Source: Minwuia thermotolerans (GTDB taxonomy: Bacteria > Pseudomonadota > Alphaproteobacteria > Minwuiales > Minwuiaceae). Taken from it: a stretch of DNA of 24,000 bases. Where the stretch lies: positions 10,063 through 34,062 of the forward strand of contig NZ_PIGG01000053.1 in NCBI RefSeq assembly GCF_002924445.1, given 5' to 3'. The position numbers were made by a program, and so were the translations under genes. The notes below the pieces were generated by a model, which was not told the origin of the DNA, ran no database searches, and saw nothing but the letters and a program-made list of their open reading frames with translations. Positions within the stretch are counted from its first letter, which is position 1. Each line of letters opens with the position of its first letter. This document shows, one piece after another, positions 1-9,614 of the stretch.

Positions 1-659
1 ACCCGCGACAGCGTGCCGGCGTCGGCCGGGGCCAGCGCCTCGGTCCGGGGCGTCAGGCCGACAACCGCCGAGGTGACCTTGGGCGGCGGCGTGAAGGCGC
101 GCGGCGGCAGATCGAACAGCACACGCGTACTCCAGCGCCAGTTGGCCATCACCGCGAGCCGGCCATAGTGCTTCGTACCCGGACGGGCGGCGATGCGCTC
201 GGCGACCTCGCGCTGGAACATCAGGGTCATGGAGCCGAAATGATCCGGCCGCGCCAGCCAGCGGAACAGCAGCGGCGTACCGACATTGTAGGGCAGATTG
301 GCGATGATCGCCGCGCCCGGCCGCACGAGTTCGGCGGCTTCCGTCTCCAGGGCGTCGGCGCGGATGACCTCCAGCCGTCCCGGATAGACCGCCGCCAGCT
401 CCGCCAGGGCAGCGATGCAACGCTCGTCCTTCTCCACGGCCACCACCCGTGCCGCGTCCGTCTCCAGCAGCGCGCGGGTCAGCCCGCCGGGACCGGGCCC
501 GACCTCAAGCACTTCCCGGCCCGTCAGAACGCCTGCGGCGCGGGCGATCTTGTCGGTGATGTTGAGGTCGAGCAGGAAATGCTGGCCCAGTCCCTTGCGC
601 GCGTCCAGACCGTGGCGGCGGATCACCTCGCGCAGTGGCGGCAGGCCCGGAACGCTCAT
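1..659 (-). CDS. rsmA: 16S rRNA (adenine1518/1519-N6)-dimethyltransferase RsmA/KsgA. The 5' part is in the window and the C-terminus runs off the left edge.
   Basis: This gene is absent from the ORF track because it has no in-window stop. My translation of the reverse complement from the ATG at 659-657 gives [65 protein letters not shown]...[18 protein letters not shown]. It has the SAM-binding E-x-G-x-G-x-G motif and the NLPYN motif typical of KsgA. Its ATG overlaps the pdxA stop as ATGA (656-659). The pdxA-ksgA order is conserved. Confidence 0.9.
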   Translation of the reverse strand, partial: MSVPGLPPLREVIRRHGLDARKGLGQHFLLDLNITDKIARAAGVLTGREVLEVGPGPGGLTRALLETDAARVVAVEKDERCIAALAELAAVYPGRLEVIRADALETEAAELVRPGAAIIANLPYNVGTPLLFRWLARPDHFGSMTLMFQREVAERIAARPGTKHYGRLAVMANWRWSTRVLFDLPPRAFTPPPKVTSAVVGLTPRTEALAPADAGTLSR

Positions 660-1648
660 CCCCGTCTGTGGCCGGCGATCTCGCCCGCCAGACGGATCGC
701 CGAGATGAGGCTGTGGGGACGGGCGACGCCGCGCCCGGCAATGTCGAAGGCGGTGCCGTGATCGGGCGAGGTCCGCACGATGGGCAGGCCCAGCGTGACG
801 TTGACCGCGCTGTCGAAATCCAGCGCCTTGACCGGGATCAGAGCCTGATCGTGATACATGCAGATGGCGGCATCGTACTCGGCCCGCGCCGGCGCATGGA
901 ACATGGTGTCGGCCGGCAGAGGACCGACCACGCTGTCGCCGTCGCGCGCCAGTTCGGCCACCGCCGGCGCGATGATGTCGATGTCTTCGCGACCCAGGGC
1001 GCCGTTCTCCCCGGCATGGGGATTGAGTCCCGAGTACGCCAGTCGCGGTCGATCGATGCCGAAGTCGCGCCTGAGGGCGTGGAGCACGATACGGCCGATG
1101 GCGACGAGATCGGCGCCGTTCAGCGCCCGCACGGCCTCGGCCAGTGGCAGGTGGATCGTCGCCGGCACGACGCGCAGGCTGGGTCCGGCGAGCATCATCA
1201 CCGCGCGCGCGCCGCCGCAGAGATGGCCGATGAACTCGGTGTGGCCCGGATGGGTGAATCCCGCTCTATAGAGTTCGGCCTTGTTGATGGGATTCGTCAC
1301 CACGCCCGCCGCCCTGCCTTCGAGACACAGAGCCACCGCGCGCTCGATGGCCGCAATCACCAGCGGCGCGTCGGCTGGATCGGGACGGCCCGGCTCGGCC
1401 GAAACGCGGCCCCCGACCGCCAGAACCGGCAGCGCCTCGGCGAAGACCCCGACCGCCTCGGAGGGATCGCCGATCGGGGCCACCGGCGCGTCGATCTCCA
1501 GACGCCGCGCCAGTCGTTCGAGCCGCGCGGGGTCGTCAATGACGAAAAACGGCGGCAGATCCATCCGCCCGCGGTCCCGCCAGGCGGACAGGGTGATGTC
1601 CCCGCCGATGCCCGCCGGCTCGCCCATCGTGACCGCCAGCGGCTTCAT
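656..1648 (-). CDS. pdxA: 4-hydroxythreonine-4-phosphate dehydrogenase PdxA
   Basis: The 330 aa ORF begins [20 protein letters not shown] and contains [42 protein letters not shown] and [15 protein letters not shown], which are typical PdxA blocks. It lies between surA and rsmA as in the canonical cluster. Confidence 0.95.
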   Translation of the reverse strand: MKPLAVTMGEPAGIGGDITLSAWRDRGRMDLPPFFVIDDPARLERLARRLEIDAPVAPIGDPSEAVGVFAEALPVLAVGGRVSAEPGRPDPADAPLVIAAIERAVALCLEGRAAGVVTNPINKAELYRAGFTHPGHTEFIGHLCGGARAVMMLAGPSLRVVPATIHLPLAEAVRALNGADLVAIGRIVLHALRRDFGIDRPRLAYSGLNPHAGENGALGREDIDIIAPAVAELARDGDSVVGPLPADTMFHAPARAEYDAAICMYHDQALIPVKALDFDSAVNVTLGLPIVRTSPDHGTAFDIAGRGVARPHSLISAIRLAGEIAGHRRG

Positions 1649-1651
1649 GGC

Positions 1652-2914
1652 CTATCTGTAGTCCACGATCGAATCCCGGCGCAGGTCACGCAACTGGGCC
1701 TGGGCGCGAAGGTTCAGCTTGCGGTTCAGGATCGCGTTGCGGATCCGCTCCCGGTCGACGGTCGCCTCCACCGGCTCCGAGCGGTCGCAGACGATCAGCA
1801 GATGGATGCCGGCCGCGGTGCGCAGCGGCGGGCTGACGTCACCCACATCAAGGTCCGCGATGGCCGAACGGAAATCGACGGGCAGGTCGCCGATGCGCAG
1901 TCGCCCGAGATCGGCCGCCTGCGCCCCCTGCACCTCCCCGGCAAGCCGCGCAGCGTCGGCGCAGCCTGCAATCTCGGGTCGGAGCGCAGCCGCCCGGGCC
2001 CGCGCCTCGTCCACTGCCTGCTGCGGCGCGTTCCGCCCCAGCGGAATGAGGATCTGGCTGAGTTCGACCTGGACCTTCTCCGGCTGGCGCTGGCCTTCGA
2101 TCCGCGTTTCGCGCAGCGCCACGATGGCGTAGCCGGTGTCGGTCCGGATCGGATCGGAAACCGAGCCCGGCGTCATGGTCGGCAGCACCTCGCCGATCTC
2201 CGGGCCGAGCTGTTCGGCGCGGATCCAGCCGACATCCCCGCCGCTCTGGGCAGTAGCGCCGGACGAGAACTGCCGCGCCAGAGCGGCAAAACTCGCGCCG
2301 GCCCGAATCTGGCGCACCAGGCGTTCTGCCGAGCCGCGCACCTCGTCCTCCTGGGACGGCTGTTCGACCGTCAGACGGATCTCGTTGACCAGATAGGATG
2401 TCTCGCCCTCGGCGGCCTCAAGCCGGGCGATCTCCTCGTCGATCTCCTCATCGGAGACATCGACGGTCCGCAGCAACCGGGCGCCGATGAAGCGCTGCCA
2501 CGCGATCCCGGCCAGGACCTGCTGGCGGATGGCATGTTCGTCGACGCCGGCGCGATCGAGATTCTGCACCAGCGCCGGGCCGCTCATGTTGTTGCGTTCG
2601 GCGATGGCCTCGATCTCGGCGTCGATATCGCCGTTGGTGACCGTGATGCCGAGATTGCGCGCCGCCTTCTTCTGCAGTTCCTCGTCGACCAGAGTGCGCA
2701 GCACCTGTGGGCGCAGCCGCTGCCGCGTCTCCTCCGTACGCGGCAGATCGGCGGTGACGATGATCAGGTCGATCCGCTCCTCCAGGTCGTAGGCAGAAAT
2801 CACCTCGTCGTCGACCACGGCGACGATGTCCAGCACCTGCTGGGAATGCGCCGGCGCGGCGAACGCCATCCAGAGCGCGGCGGCGATGGCCGGCAGTATC
2901 AGCTTCACGTTCAT
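1652..2914 (-). CDS. surA: Periplasmic chaperone / peptidyl-prolyl isomerase SurA
   Basis: The track ORF is 1652-3007. I place the start at the ATG at 2914 (MNVKLILPAIAAALWMAFAAPAHSQQ), which gives a clear signal peptide. The SurA-like N-domain and parvulin-like C-terminal part are present, and the gene sits between lptD and pdxA. Confidence 0.88.
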   Translation of the reverse strand: MNVKLILPAIAAALWMAFAAPAHSQQVLDIVAVVDDEVISAYDLEERIDLIIVTADLPRTEETRQRLRPQVLRTLVDEELQKKAARNLGITVTNGDIDAEIEAIAERNNMSGPALVQNLDRAGVDEHAIRQQVLAGIAWQRFIGARLLRTVDVSDEEIDEEIARLEAAEGETSYLVNEIRLTVEQPSQEDEVRGSAERLVRQIRAGASFAALARQFSSGATAQSGGDVGWIRAEQLGPEIGEVLPTMTPGSVSDPIRTDTGYAIVALRETRIEGQRQPEKVQVELSQILIPLGRNAPQQAVDEARARAAALRPEIAGCADAARLAGEVQGAQAADLGRLRIGDLPVDFRSAIADLDVGDVSPPLRTAAGIHLLIVCDRSEPVEATVDRERIRNAILNRKLNLRAQAQLRDLRRDSIVDYR

Positions 2915-3017
2915 CGGGGCGGAACGCTGCCTCCTGTTCCATCGAATTCGCGCCTGCTCTAGCGCAGCGCGGTGGTTCTTCCAACCGGCAAGTTGCAGCC
3001 AGGACACCGGGGTTGAG

Positions 3018-5153
3018 CTAGTTCAGCCCGGTGAGACTGATCCGCACGAAGACGGAGGTGGACGCCTCCAGATCGCGGTCGCTGGTGAAATCGCGGACGA
3101 CGCCGAGCTGGAAGTCGAAACACTCGTCCTCGTAGCGCAGACCGCCTTCGAAGCGGATCGGCACGCCGCGGTCGAGGTCGCCGCGATAGGCGCCGAGGAC
3201 CTGCCAGTTCTCGGCGAAGTTTAACGTGCCTTCCGTGGTCAGCTCCTGGGTGTTGCCGACCGCCACGGCGCCGCCCACACGCGGTACGGAGATGTAGCCG
3301 AGGCTGAAACTGTACCAGTCGTCGCGAAGGCTCAGGCGATGCTCGTGCCGATCCAGGTCCGGTCCCTTCATATCGACCCGGAAACGGAATGTGTAGTCGA
3401 TCGAGTCGGTCGGCGCGATGAGCAGCCGCCCGACCACGTCGGAGAGACGGTCGTCGAGTCCGGTGCCGGGCCCGAAGGCACTGGTTTCGTTGAACCGGAA
3501 GGACTGCCCGATCAGGAACTCGCTCTCGCCCCCGCCGTCGCCATAGACGCCCATCCGCACCCCGTAATTGACGCGGGAGCCGCTCTCCACGCGGTCGAAG
3601 CCGACGAAGCGGTTGCGGTCGAACAGGTTGGCGTCGGAAAACTCGAAACTGAGCGAATCCTCGTTGGGAATATCGTTCGGGTTGGCGCCGGCCGGAGATC
3701 CGATGAGCTGCACCACCGGCTCGATCTTCTGGAAGTGCCCGTTGGCCGGTCGTACCAGCGGCAGACGCCAGTCGAGCGTCGCCTGCGGCCAGATGCGGCC
3801 CTCGTAGTAGTCGTTCTCGCTGGCGGTAGGGTCGGTGTCCTGCGCTTCGGAAACCATGTAGCCGTCGGCGCGGAAATGCATGCCGAAGGTCGTCAGACCG
3901 CCGAAGGGGTCGACGGCCTGGCGTTCCCAGGATCCGTCGAAGGACAGCCGGCGGGTGTCGCGACCGCTGGTGCGTTGCAGGGCCACGCCGCCGAAGGTGT
4001 AGTCGACCCGTCCGCCCAGCACGCCGGGGCTGAAGGTGTCCTGCCACGTCGCCAGCGGCATCACCAGTGGCGTCGCGCCGTCGTCATCGTTCTCCTGCAG
4101 GCCCTGGAAGGAGAAGAACTCCAGCCCGCGGAATCGCCGGCCATCGTAATCGGTGACATAGGCCGTCGAGGTGAGTGTGTTGCCGCCGCCGATATCGTAG
4201 ATGCGCAGATAGGTGTCGTCGCTGGCCCGGAACAGGTTGAAGCCCCAGTCGGCGCCTTCGTCGATACGAAAGTCGCCCTTGGAGCGGAAATGACCGCGGA
4301 ACTCCTTGTCGCCGGTCTGCGTGCGGCCCACCACCTCATCGACATAGGTCAGCGAGACGTCTGTATCCCAGCGCCCCGCGTCGAACTGCTGGCGGTACTC
4401 CGCCCCCAGAACCGGAAGTTCCTTGGTCAGGAAGCGTGGCGTCAGGGTCATGTCCTTGTCCTCGTCGAGGACCAGGTAGACCGGCTGTGAGTACTGGAAG
4501 CCCAGTTCGGTGGACGAGCCGACGATGGGCGCGAGCAAGCCGGACTTCCGCTCGACCGTAGGGTCGGGATGATAGAAGTAGGGCGCGTAGAAGACCGGTA
4601 CGCCGAACATTTCCAGGCGCGCGTTCTGGTATTCGACGATTTCCTTGTCCAGATCGCGCGTGACCCGGTTGGCCTTGATCTGCCAGATCGGCGGCCGGTC
4701 CGGATGTTCGGGACATTCCTCGCAGCGCGTGTAGACCACGCGCTCCAGGATCGTGCGGTTCTCGCCTTCACGGCGGGCGCGCCGCGCCGCCATGCGCGCC
4801 CGGTTGGCGAGGCGGATCTTGAGCTCCTCGACGACGCCCTGCTTGAAGTTGTCGGTCAGTTCAACGTAGTCGGCGAACAGCACGTCGCCCGAAGGTTCCC
4901 GCAACACGACATTGCCGCTGGCGGTGACGACCTCGTCGCGTTCGTTGTAGGTGACGGTGTCGGCGAACAGCACCCGCTCGCCCTGCAGGATCTCGACGTC
5001 GCCCCGGGCCGTCACCACGCCCAGTTCCTGTTCATAGATCATTTCCCGGGCCGAAAGCTCGACCGGCAGGTCGTTCACCTGCGCCGCCGCGGCGAGCGGC
5101 ATCCACAGAAAGGCGAACAGCAGCAGAATCGGGAGCGGCCTGCGCGGCGCCAT
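3018..5153 (-). CDS. lptD: LPS-assembly outer-membrane protein LptD (OstA)
   Basis: The 711 aa ORF has the signal peptide MAPRRPLPILLLFAFLWMPLAAAAQ. It has an OstA-like N-domain (ADTVTYNERDEVVTASGNVVL) and a large beta-barrel-like C-terminal part with aromatic-rich strands. Context is lptG-lptD-surA. Confidence 0.93.
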   Translation of the reverse strand: MAPRRPLPILLLFAFLWMPLAAAAQVNDLPVELSAREMIYEQELGVVTARGDVEILQGERVLFADTVTYNERDEVVTASGNVVLREPSGDVLFADYVELTDNFKQGVVEELKIRLANRARMAARRARREGENRTILERVVYTRCEECPEHPDRPPIWQIKANRVTRDLDKEIVEYQNARLEMFGVPVFYAPYFYHPDPTVERKSGLLAPIVGSSTELGFQYSQPVYLVLDEDKDMTLTPRFLTKELPVLGAEYRQQFDAGRWDTDVSLTYVDEVVGRTQTGDKEFRGHFRSKGDFRIDEGADWGFNLFRASDDTYLRIYDIGGGNTLTSTAYVTDYDGRRFRGLEFFSFQGLQENDDDGATPLVMPLATWQDTFSPGVLGGRVDYTFGGVALQRTSGRDTRRLSFDGSWERQAVDPFGGLTTFGMHFRADGYMVSEAQDTDPTASENDYYEGRIWPQATLDWRLPLVRPANGHFQKIEPVVQLIGSPAGANPNDIPNEDSLSFEFSDANLFDRNRFVGFDRVESGSRVNYGVRMGVYGDGGGESEFLIGQSFRFNETSAFGPGTGLDDRLSDVVGRLLIAPTDSIDYTFRFRVDMKGPDLDRHEHRLSLRDDWYSFSLGYISVPRVGGAVAVGNTQELTTEGTLNFAENWQVLGAYRGDLDRGVPIRFEGGLRYEDECFDFQLGVVRDFTSDRDLEASTSVFVRISLTGLN

Positions 5154-5155
5154 TC

Positions 5156-6259
5156 CTAGCCGTCCTCCAGATGGAACATGGCCGCGATGGCCGTCATGGT
5201 GGTGACCGCCGCCGGCGTCCAGGCGGCAAGCACCACGGGCAATTTGCCTGCGGAGCCGAACGCCTCGACCACGTCGGTGACGAAGAATATCGCAAACCCC
5301 GCCATCGTGCCGGCGAAGAACACAAGCCCGACGACGCCGCGGCGCACGCTGAGACGGATGCAGAAGGTTGCGGCCAGCAGGACCATCGAGGCCAGCATCA
5401 GTGGCAGGGAAAGCAGCGAATTCCAGTGCAGCCGGTGCGCGAGCGCATTGAAACCCGACTTCTCCAGCAGCTCGATGAAGGCCGGCAGTTCCCAGAACGA
5501 GAGCGATTGCGGCGGCGCGAGGCTGTCAATGATCTGCGCCACCGTCAGCCGGGTCGGCACCAGCATGGTCTCTCGCTCCTGACGCGGACGGTCCAGTTCC
5601 GTCACCACCGCGTTCTTCAACCTCCATTGCCGGTCGAACAGTTCCGCACTCTCGGCGTCGATCCTGCGCACGAAGCTGTTGTTCCGGGTAAAGGTGAAGA
5701 AGGTCGGGTTGTCCAGCGAAGTGCCCTGCGCCGAAGCGGACCAGGCATGGATCACCTGATGGCCTTCGGCGTTCACCTCCCGGAGCCAGAGGCCGGTCTT
5801 GTCGGAGACCGTGATGCGACTCGTCTCGCCCTGGAACTTGGCGCTCGCGAGCTGCTCGTACTGCCCCGTCAGGGCGGCGGCCAGAGGGTTCAGCACCGTG
5901 ATCAGAATGGCGCCGATGACAGCCGCAGACAGCACCAGGGGCGTCAGGATCTGCCAGATCGAGACGCCGGCGGCACGCGCCACGACCAGTTCGTTGGAGC
6001 GCGACAGCCGGGTCAGCGCCAGCATGCCTCCGAACAGCACAACGAATGGCCAGAGCTTCTCGATCACGGATGGCATCTTGAGCAGGGCGAATTGCACGAT
6101 CAGCCCCAGCCCGATCTCGTCGACGCCGCTGGCGCGGCGCACATGATCGATCACTTCGGCCGTGAACATGACCAGCGACAGCAGCGCGAAGACCAGGCCG
6201 GCACCGAGCAGGAATTGACGGATCAGATAGCGGGTCAGGGTGGGAAGCGTCCGCAGCAT
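5156..6259 (-). CDS. lptG: LPS export ABC transporter permease LptG (YjgP/YjgQ family)
   Basis: The track ORF is 5156-6442. I place the start at the ATG at 6259 (MLRTLPTLTRYLIRQFLLGAG...), which is 2 nt after the lptF stop. The upstream extension overlaps lptF. Motifs include SNELVVARAAGVSIWQIL. Confidence 0.9.
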   Translation of the reverse strand: MLRTLPTLTRYLIRQFLLGAGLVFALLSLVMFTAEVIDHVRRASGVDEIGLGLIVQFALLKMPSVIEKLWPFVVLFGGMLALTRLSRSNELVVARAAGVSIWQILTPLVLSAAVIGAILITVLNPLAAALTGQYEQLASAKFQGETSRITVSDKTGLWLREVNAEGHQVIHAWSASAQGTSLDNPTFFTFTRNNSFVRRIDAESAELFDRQWRLKNAVVTELDRPRQERETMLVPTRLTVAQIIDSLAPPQSLSFWELPAFIELLEKSGFNALAHRLHWNSLLSLPLMLASMVLLAATFCIRLSVRRGVVGLVFFAGTMAGFAIFFVTDVVEAFGSAGKLPVVLAAWTPAAVTTMTAIAAMFHLEDG

Positions 6260-6261
6260 GA

Positions 6262-7377
6262 TCACGCCGCCATCGGCGCCGGTCCCGGCGTCGGCATGCC
6301 CGCGCCGGCCCGCATCAGGAACAGGCTGCCGGCGATCGCGGCCAACAGCAGCACATAGACCAGCGTATTGAAGAAAGGCTCCGTCGCCGCCGCCTGGGTC
6401 AGCCCCAGTACGGCCGCCTGCAACAGGCCTGCGCTGAGGCAACCGACCCAGATACGCGCGCCGACGCCGCGCCGGTCGAACTCGCCATAGAGCACCGTCG
6501 CGATCGCCATCAGGGCGAAGGCGATGGTCAACAGCGGCAACGCCACGCGCTTGTGCCCTTCCGCCTGGATCCTGTGATAGGTCGCCCGGTCGAAGTCGCC
6601 CGGATCGATGAGGAACAGATCCTCGATCGTACGTTCCTCAATCTTGGCCACGCGCACCGGCGCATTGCTGCCTACCAGATCGATCTCGACGTTGTAGCGG
6701 TCGAAGTAGAGGACGTTGATGTTGCCGCTCTCATGATCCTTCTCCTGGCGATTGCCGTTGAGCAGCAGAATCTTCGGGCCTTCCTCGGCGCGGATCAGCG
6801 TTCCCTGCTCCGCCATCATGGTCACCGACTTGCCCGGCTCGCGCTCGTCGTGAATCAGCAGGCCGTGGAGCTCGCCGCCGGACCGCCGTTCGGCGACATA
6901 GACCGTCAGACGGGTCTTGAGCGGCGTGAACGCGCCCTCGCGCAGCACCACGGTGGAGTAGATGTACTTCCACGCGAACCGGGTGTCGCGCATGGTCGAG
7001 TTCGCCATCGGCATGAAGTAGAACGTCATCGAGGCGACGAAAACCGCGCAGAATCCGGCCAGCAGCAGGCCGGGCCCGGCCAGCGCCATGCGGCTGAGAC
7101 CGGCGGCGCGCATCACCACGAGTTCGCTGTCCGACGACATCCGCCAGTAGGCGTAGAGCATCCCGCAGAACAGGCCGATCGGGAGCGTCACAGGCAGAAG
7201 CTGCGGCAGCAGCAAGAACGAGATGTAGAAGAACGCGCCCATCGACATGTCATAGTTGATGATCTCGTCGACGAAACGCAGCGCCTGAAGGATCCAGATG
7301 ATCCCGGTCAGCACCATCGTCACGAAGGCCGTAGGGCCCGCGGCGGCGCGAATCATGTAGCCGGTCAGATGACGCAT
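6262..7377 (-). CDS. lptF: LPS export ABC transporter permease LptF (YjgP/YjgQ family)
   Basis: The track ORF is 6262-7920. I place the start at the ATG at 7377 (MRHLTGYMIRAAAGPTAFVTMVLTGIIWILQ...). The longer extension would run antisense into pepA. The motif DSELVVMRAAGLSRMAL is typical of the family, and the gene is divergent from pepA as in many proteobacteria. Confidence 0.9.
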   Translation of the reverse strand: MRHLTGYMIRAAAGPTAFVTMVLTGIIWILQALRFVDEIINYDMSMGAFFYISFLLLPQLLPVTLPIGLFCGMLYAYWRMSSDSELVVMRAAGLSRMALAGPGLLLAGFCAVFVASMTFYFMPMANSTMRDTRFAWKYIYSTVVLREGAFTPLKTRLTVYVAERRSGGELHGLLIHDEREPGKSVTMMAEQGTLIRAEEGPKILLLNGNRQEKDHESGNINVLYFDRYNVEIDLVGSNAPVRVAKIEERTIEDLFLIDPGDFDRATYHRIQAEGHKRVALPLLTIAFALMAIATVLYGEFDRRGVGARIWVGCLSAGLLQAAVLGLTQAAATEPFFNTLVYVLLLAAIAGSLFLMRAGAGMPTPGPAPMAA

Positions 7378-7552
7378 GGCGGCGGAGTATAGCGACCTCA
7401 GCGGCCTGTGAAACCCGCTTGGGATGCCTTGCCGCGTGCATCCGGGCCACCTGCGCCGTCGCAGGCCCTGGCGGACGCAAAGCGCCCCATTTACACGGCC
7501 CGGCAAAGCTTGCGATATATCTGTCCGACAGTTTTTCAATGGGATGAGACAG

Positions 7553-9058
7553 ATGGATATCTCGATTTCCGGCGCAAGCATTCCGGGCCGCGGCGTCGTC
7601 GTCGTCGGCGTCGCGAAGGACGGCAAACTGACGCCTGCCGCCAAGGCCCTGGACGAGAAGACCGAAGGCGCCATCCGACAGGTGCTGCGCGCCAGCCGCT
7701 TCACCGGCGCAAGCGGGCAGAGCCAGACCATCGCCGCGCCGCGTGGCACCAGGCTGGACCTGATCGTCCTGCTGGGCCTCGGCGAGACCAAGTCCCTGTC
7801 TTCCCATGATCTGGAACTGATCGGCGGCCGCGCCTTCAAGGCGGTCGCCAACTGCGGCGCGAAGCAGGCCAAGGTGATCATTGACGCCGAGGATCTGGCC
7901 GCGAAGTCGAAACTCACCAAGGGTGCGGCCCAGGCGCATATCGCGATGGGCGCGCGGCTGGCCAGCTACCGCTTCGACCACTACCACACGAAGCTGAAGG
8001 ACGAGGACAAGCCCTCCCTGGAGCAGCTCGCCATCGGCGCCCGCGGCGCAGCCGCAGCGCGCGACGCTTTCGCCGCACTGGACAAGGTCGTCGACGGCGT
8101 CTTCCTGACCCGCGATCTGGTCAGCGAGCCTGCCAACATCCTCTATCCCGCCACCCTTGCCGACCGCTGCCAGGAACTCACCAAGCTGGGCGTCAAGGTT
8201 GAGGTGCTGGGCGAGGCGCAGATGAAGAAGCTCGGCATGGGCGCGCTGGTCGGCGTCGGCCAGGGCTCCGAGAAGGAAAGCCGGCTGGTCGTCATGCAGT
8301 GGAACGGCGGGGCGAAGAACGACAAGCCGATCGCCTTCGTCGGCAAGGGCGTCACCTTCGACACCGGCGGCATCTCCATCAAGCCGGCCGCCGGCATGGA
8401 GGACATGAAGTGGGACATGGGCGGCTCCGCCGCCGTCATCGGCGCCATGGCGGCGCTCGCCGGACGTCAGGCCAAGGCCAACGTCATCGGCGTGGTCGGC
8501 CTGGTCGAGAACATGCCGGACGGCAACGCGCAGCGCCCCGGCGACGTGGTCACCTCCATGTCGGGCCAGACGATCGAGGTGCTGAACACCGACGCCGAAG
8601 GCCGCCTCGTGCTCTGTGACGCCCTCTGGTACACGCAGGACCGCTTCAAGCCCGAGTTCATGATCAACCTCGCCACGCTGACCGGGGCCGTCATCATCTC
8701 GCTCGGCGACGAGTACGCCGGCCTGTTCTCCAACAACGACCGGCTGGCCACGCGGCTGATGGAAGCCGGCGAGGCCGTCGACGAGAAGCTCTGGCGCTTC
8801 CCGTTGCACAAGAACTACGACAAGAAGCTGAAGTCCGACATTGCCGACATGCGCAATATCGGAAACGCCCGCGGCGCGGGTTCCATCACCGCCGCGCAGT
8901 TCCTGCAGCGCTTCGTCAACGATGTGCCCTGGGCGCATCTCGACATCGCCGGCGTTACCTGGTCCAGCAGCGCCAGGCCGACGACGCCCAAGGGCGGCAC
9001 AGGCTTCGGCGTCCGTGTCCTCGACGAACTGGTCCGCCGCCACTACGAGAGCAAATGA
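7553..9058 (+). CDS. pepA: Leucyl (cytosol) aminopeptidase PepA, M17 family
   Basis: The track ORF is 7424-9058. The likely start is the ATG at 7553 (MDISISG...) or 7544. M17 signature blocks are present: VGKGVTFDTGGISIKP, MKWDMGGSAAV, NTDAEGRLVLCDAL and ATLTGA. Confidence 0.93.
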   Translation: MDISISGASIPGRGVVVVGVAKDGKLTPAAKALDEKTEGAIRQVLRASRFTGASGQSQTIAAPRGTRLDLIVLLGLGETKSLSSHDLELIGGRAFKAVANCGAKQAKVIIDAEDLAAKSKLTKGAAQAHIAMGARLASYRFDHYHTKLKDEDKPSLEQLAIGARGAAAARDAFAALDKVVDGVFLTRDLVSEPANILYPATLADRCQELTKLGVKVEVLGEAQMKKLGMGALVGVGQGSEKESRLVVMQWNGGAKNDKPIAFVGKGVTFDTGGISIKPAAGMEDMKWDMGGSAAVIGAMAALAGRQAKANVIGVVGLVENMPDGNAQRPGDVVTSMSGQTIEVLNTDAEGRLVLCDALWYTQDRFKPEFMINLATLTGAVIISLGDEYAGLFSNNDRLATRLMEAGEAVDEKLWRFPLHKNYDKKLKSDIADMRNIGNARGAGSITAAQFLQRFVNDVPWAHLDIAGVTWSSSARPTTPKGGTGFGVRVLDELVRRHYESK

Positions 9059-9501
9059 CGGAAGTCGCGTTCTATCACCTGACCCGCAAGCCGCTGGAAC
9101 GGGCCCTGCCCGAGCTGCTGGAAAAGGTGCTGGAGCGCGGCATGCGCGCGGTGGTGCTGGCGGGCTCCGAGGAGCGCGTGCGCGGCCTGGACGCGCATCT
9201 GTGGAGCTATGACAAGGCCTCGTTCCTGCCCCACGGCGCGGCCGGCGATGGCGATGCCGGGCGGCAGCCGATCTGGCTCACCGCCGAGCCGGAGAACCCC
9301 AATGCCGCCGAGGTGCTGATCCTGGTCGACGGCCGCGACGTGGCGGACAAGTCGGATTTTGCCCGCTGTCTGGACATGTTCAACGGCCTGGACGAGGACG
9401 CCGTGGCCGCCGCCCGCGCGCGCTGGCAGGCGGCCCGTGCGGCGGGCCACGTCTGCACCTACTGGAAACAGGGCGAGCGCGGCTGGGAACGGGGCACATA
9501 A
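9055..9501 (+). CDS. holC: DNA polymerase III subunit chi
   Basis: The 148 aa ORF begins MTEVAFYHLTRKPLERALPELLEKVLERGMRAVVL...LDAHLWSYDKASFLPHG, which is a typical HolC N-terminus. It has an ATGA overlap with the pepA stop (9055-9058). The pepA-holC pair is conserved. Confidence 0.9.
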   Translation: MTEVAFYHLTRKPLERALPELLEKVLERGMRAVVLAGSEERVRGLDAHLWSYDKASFLPHGAAGDGDAGRQPIWLTAEPENPNAAEVLILVDGRDVADKSDFARCLDMFNGLDEDAVAAARARWQAARAAGHVCTYWKQGERGWERGT

Positions 9502-9614
9502 GAACATCCCCGCCGCTCACTCTGGAACGTCACCCATGAGCATTGCAGACAGGGTTTCTTCGCGGACAAAGATATTATAGAATATTGCGCATTCGCCAAT
9601 GTGTGGGAAACACT

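Noticed and set aside
635-2962. A 775-aa plus-strand ORF, the longest in the track.
   Set aside because: It lies antisense to pdxA and surA, both of which have clear family motifs. Its translation is Arg/Gly/Asp/Ala-rich low-information sequence, typical of stop-free antisense frames in ~70% GC DNA.
2915-3007. N-terminal extensions of track ORFs. These affect surA to 3007, lptG to 6442, lptF to 7920, pepA from 7424, efp to 23560, the OmpA-like gene to 22248, the DUF1214 gene to 17693 and the ParA-like gene from 9543.
   Set aside because: Internal starts give proper signal peptides or canonical N-termini and remove overlaps with neighbouring genes. The extensions overlap adjacent genes or cross the GC transition.
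7250-9043. A 597-aa minus-strand ORF.
   Set aside because: It lies antisense to pepA, which carries unmistakable M17 aminopeptidase motifs. It has no recognisable motifs of its own and is a high-GC artefact.
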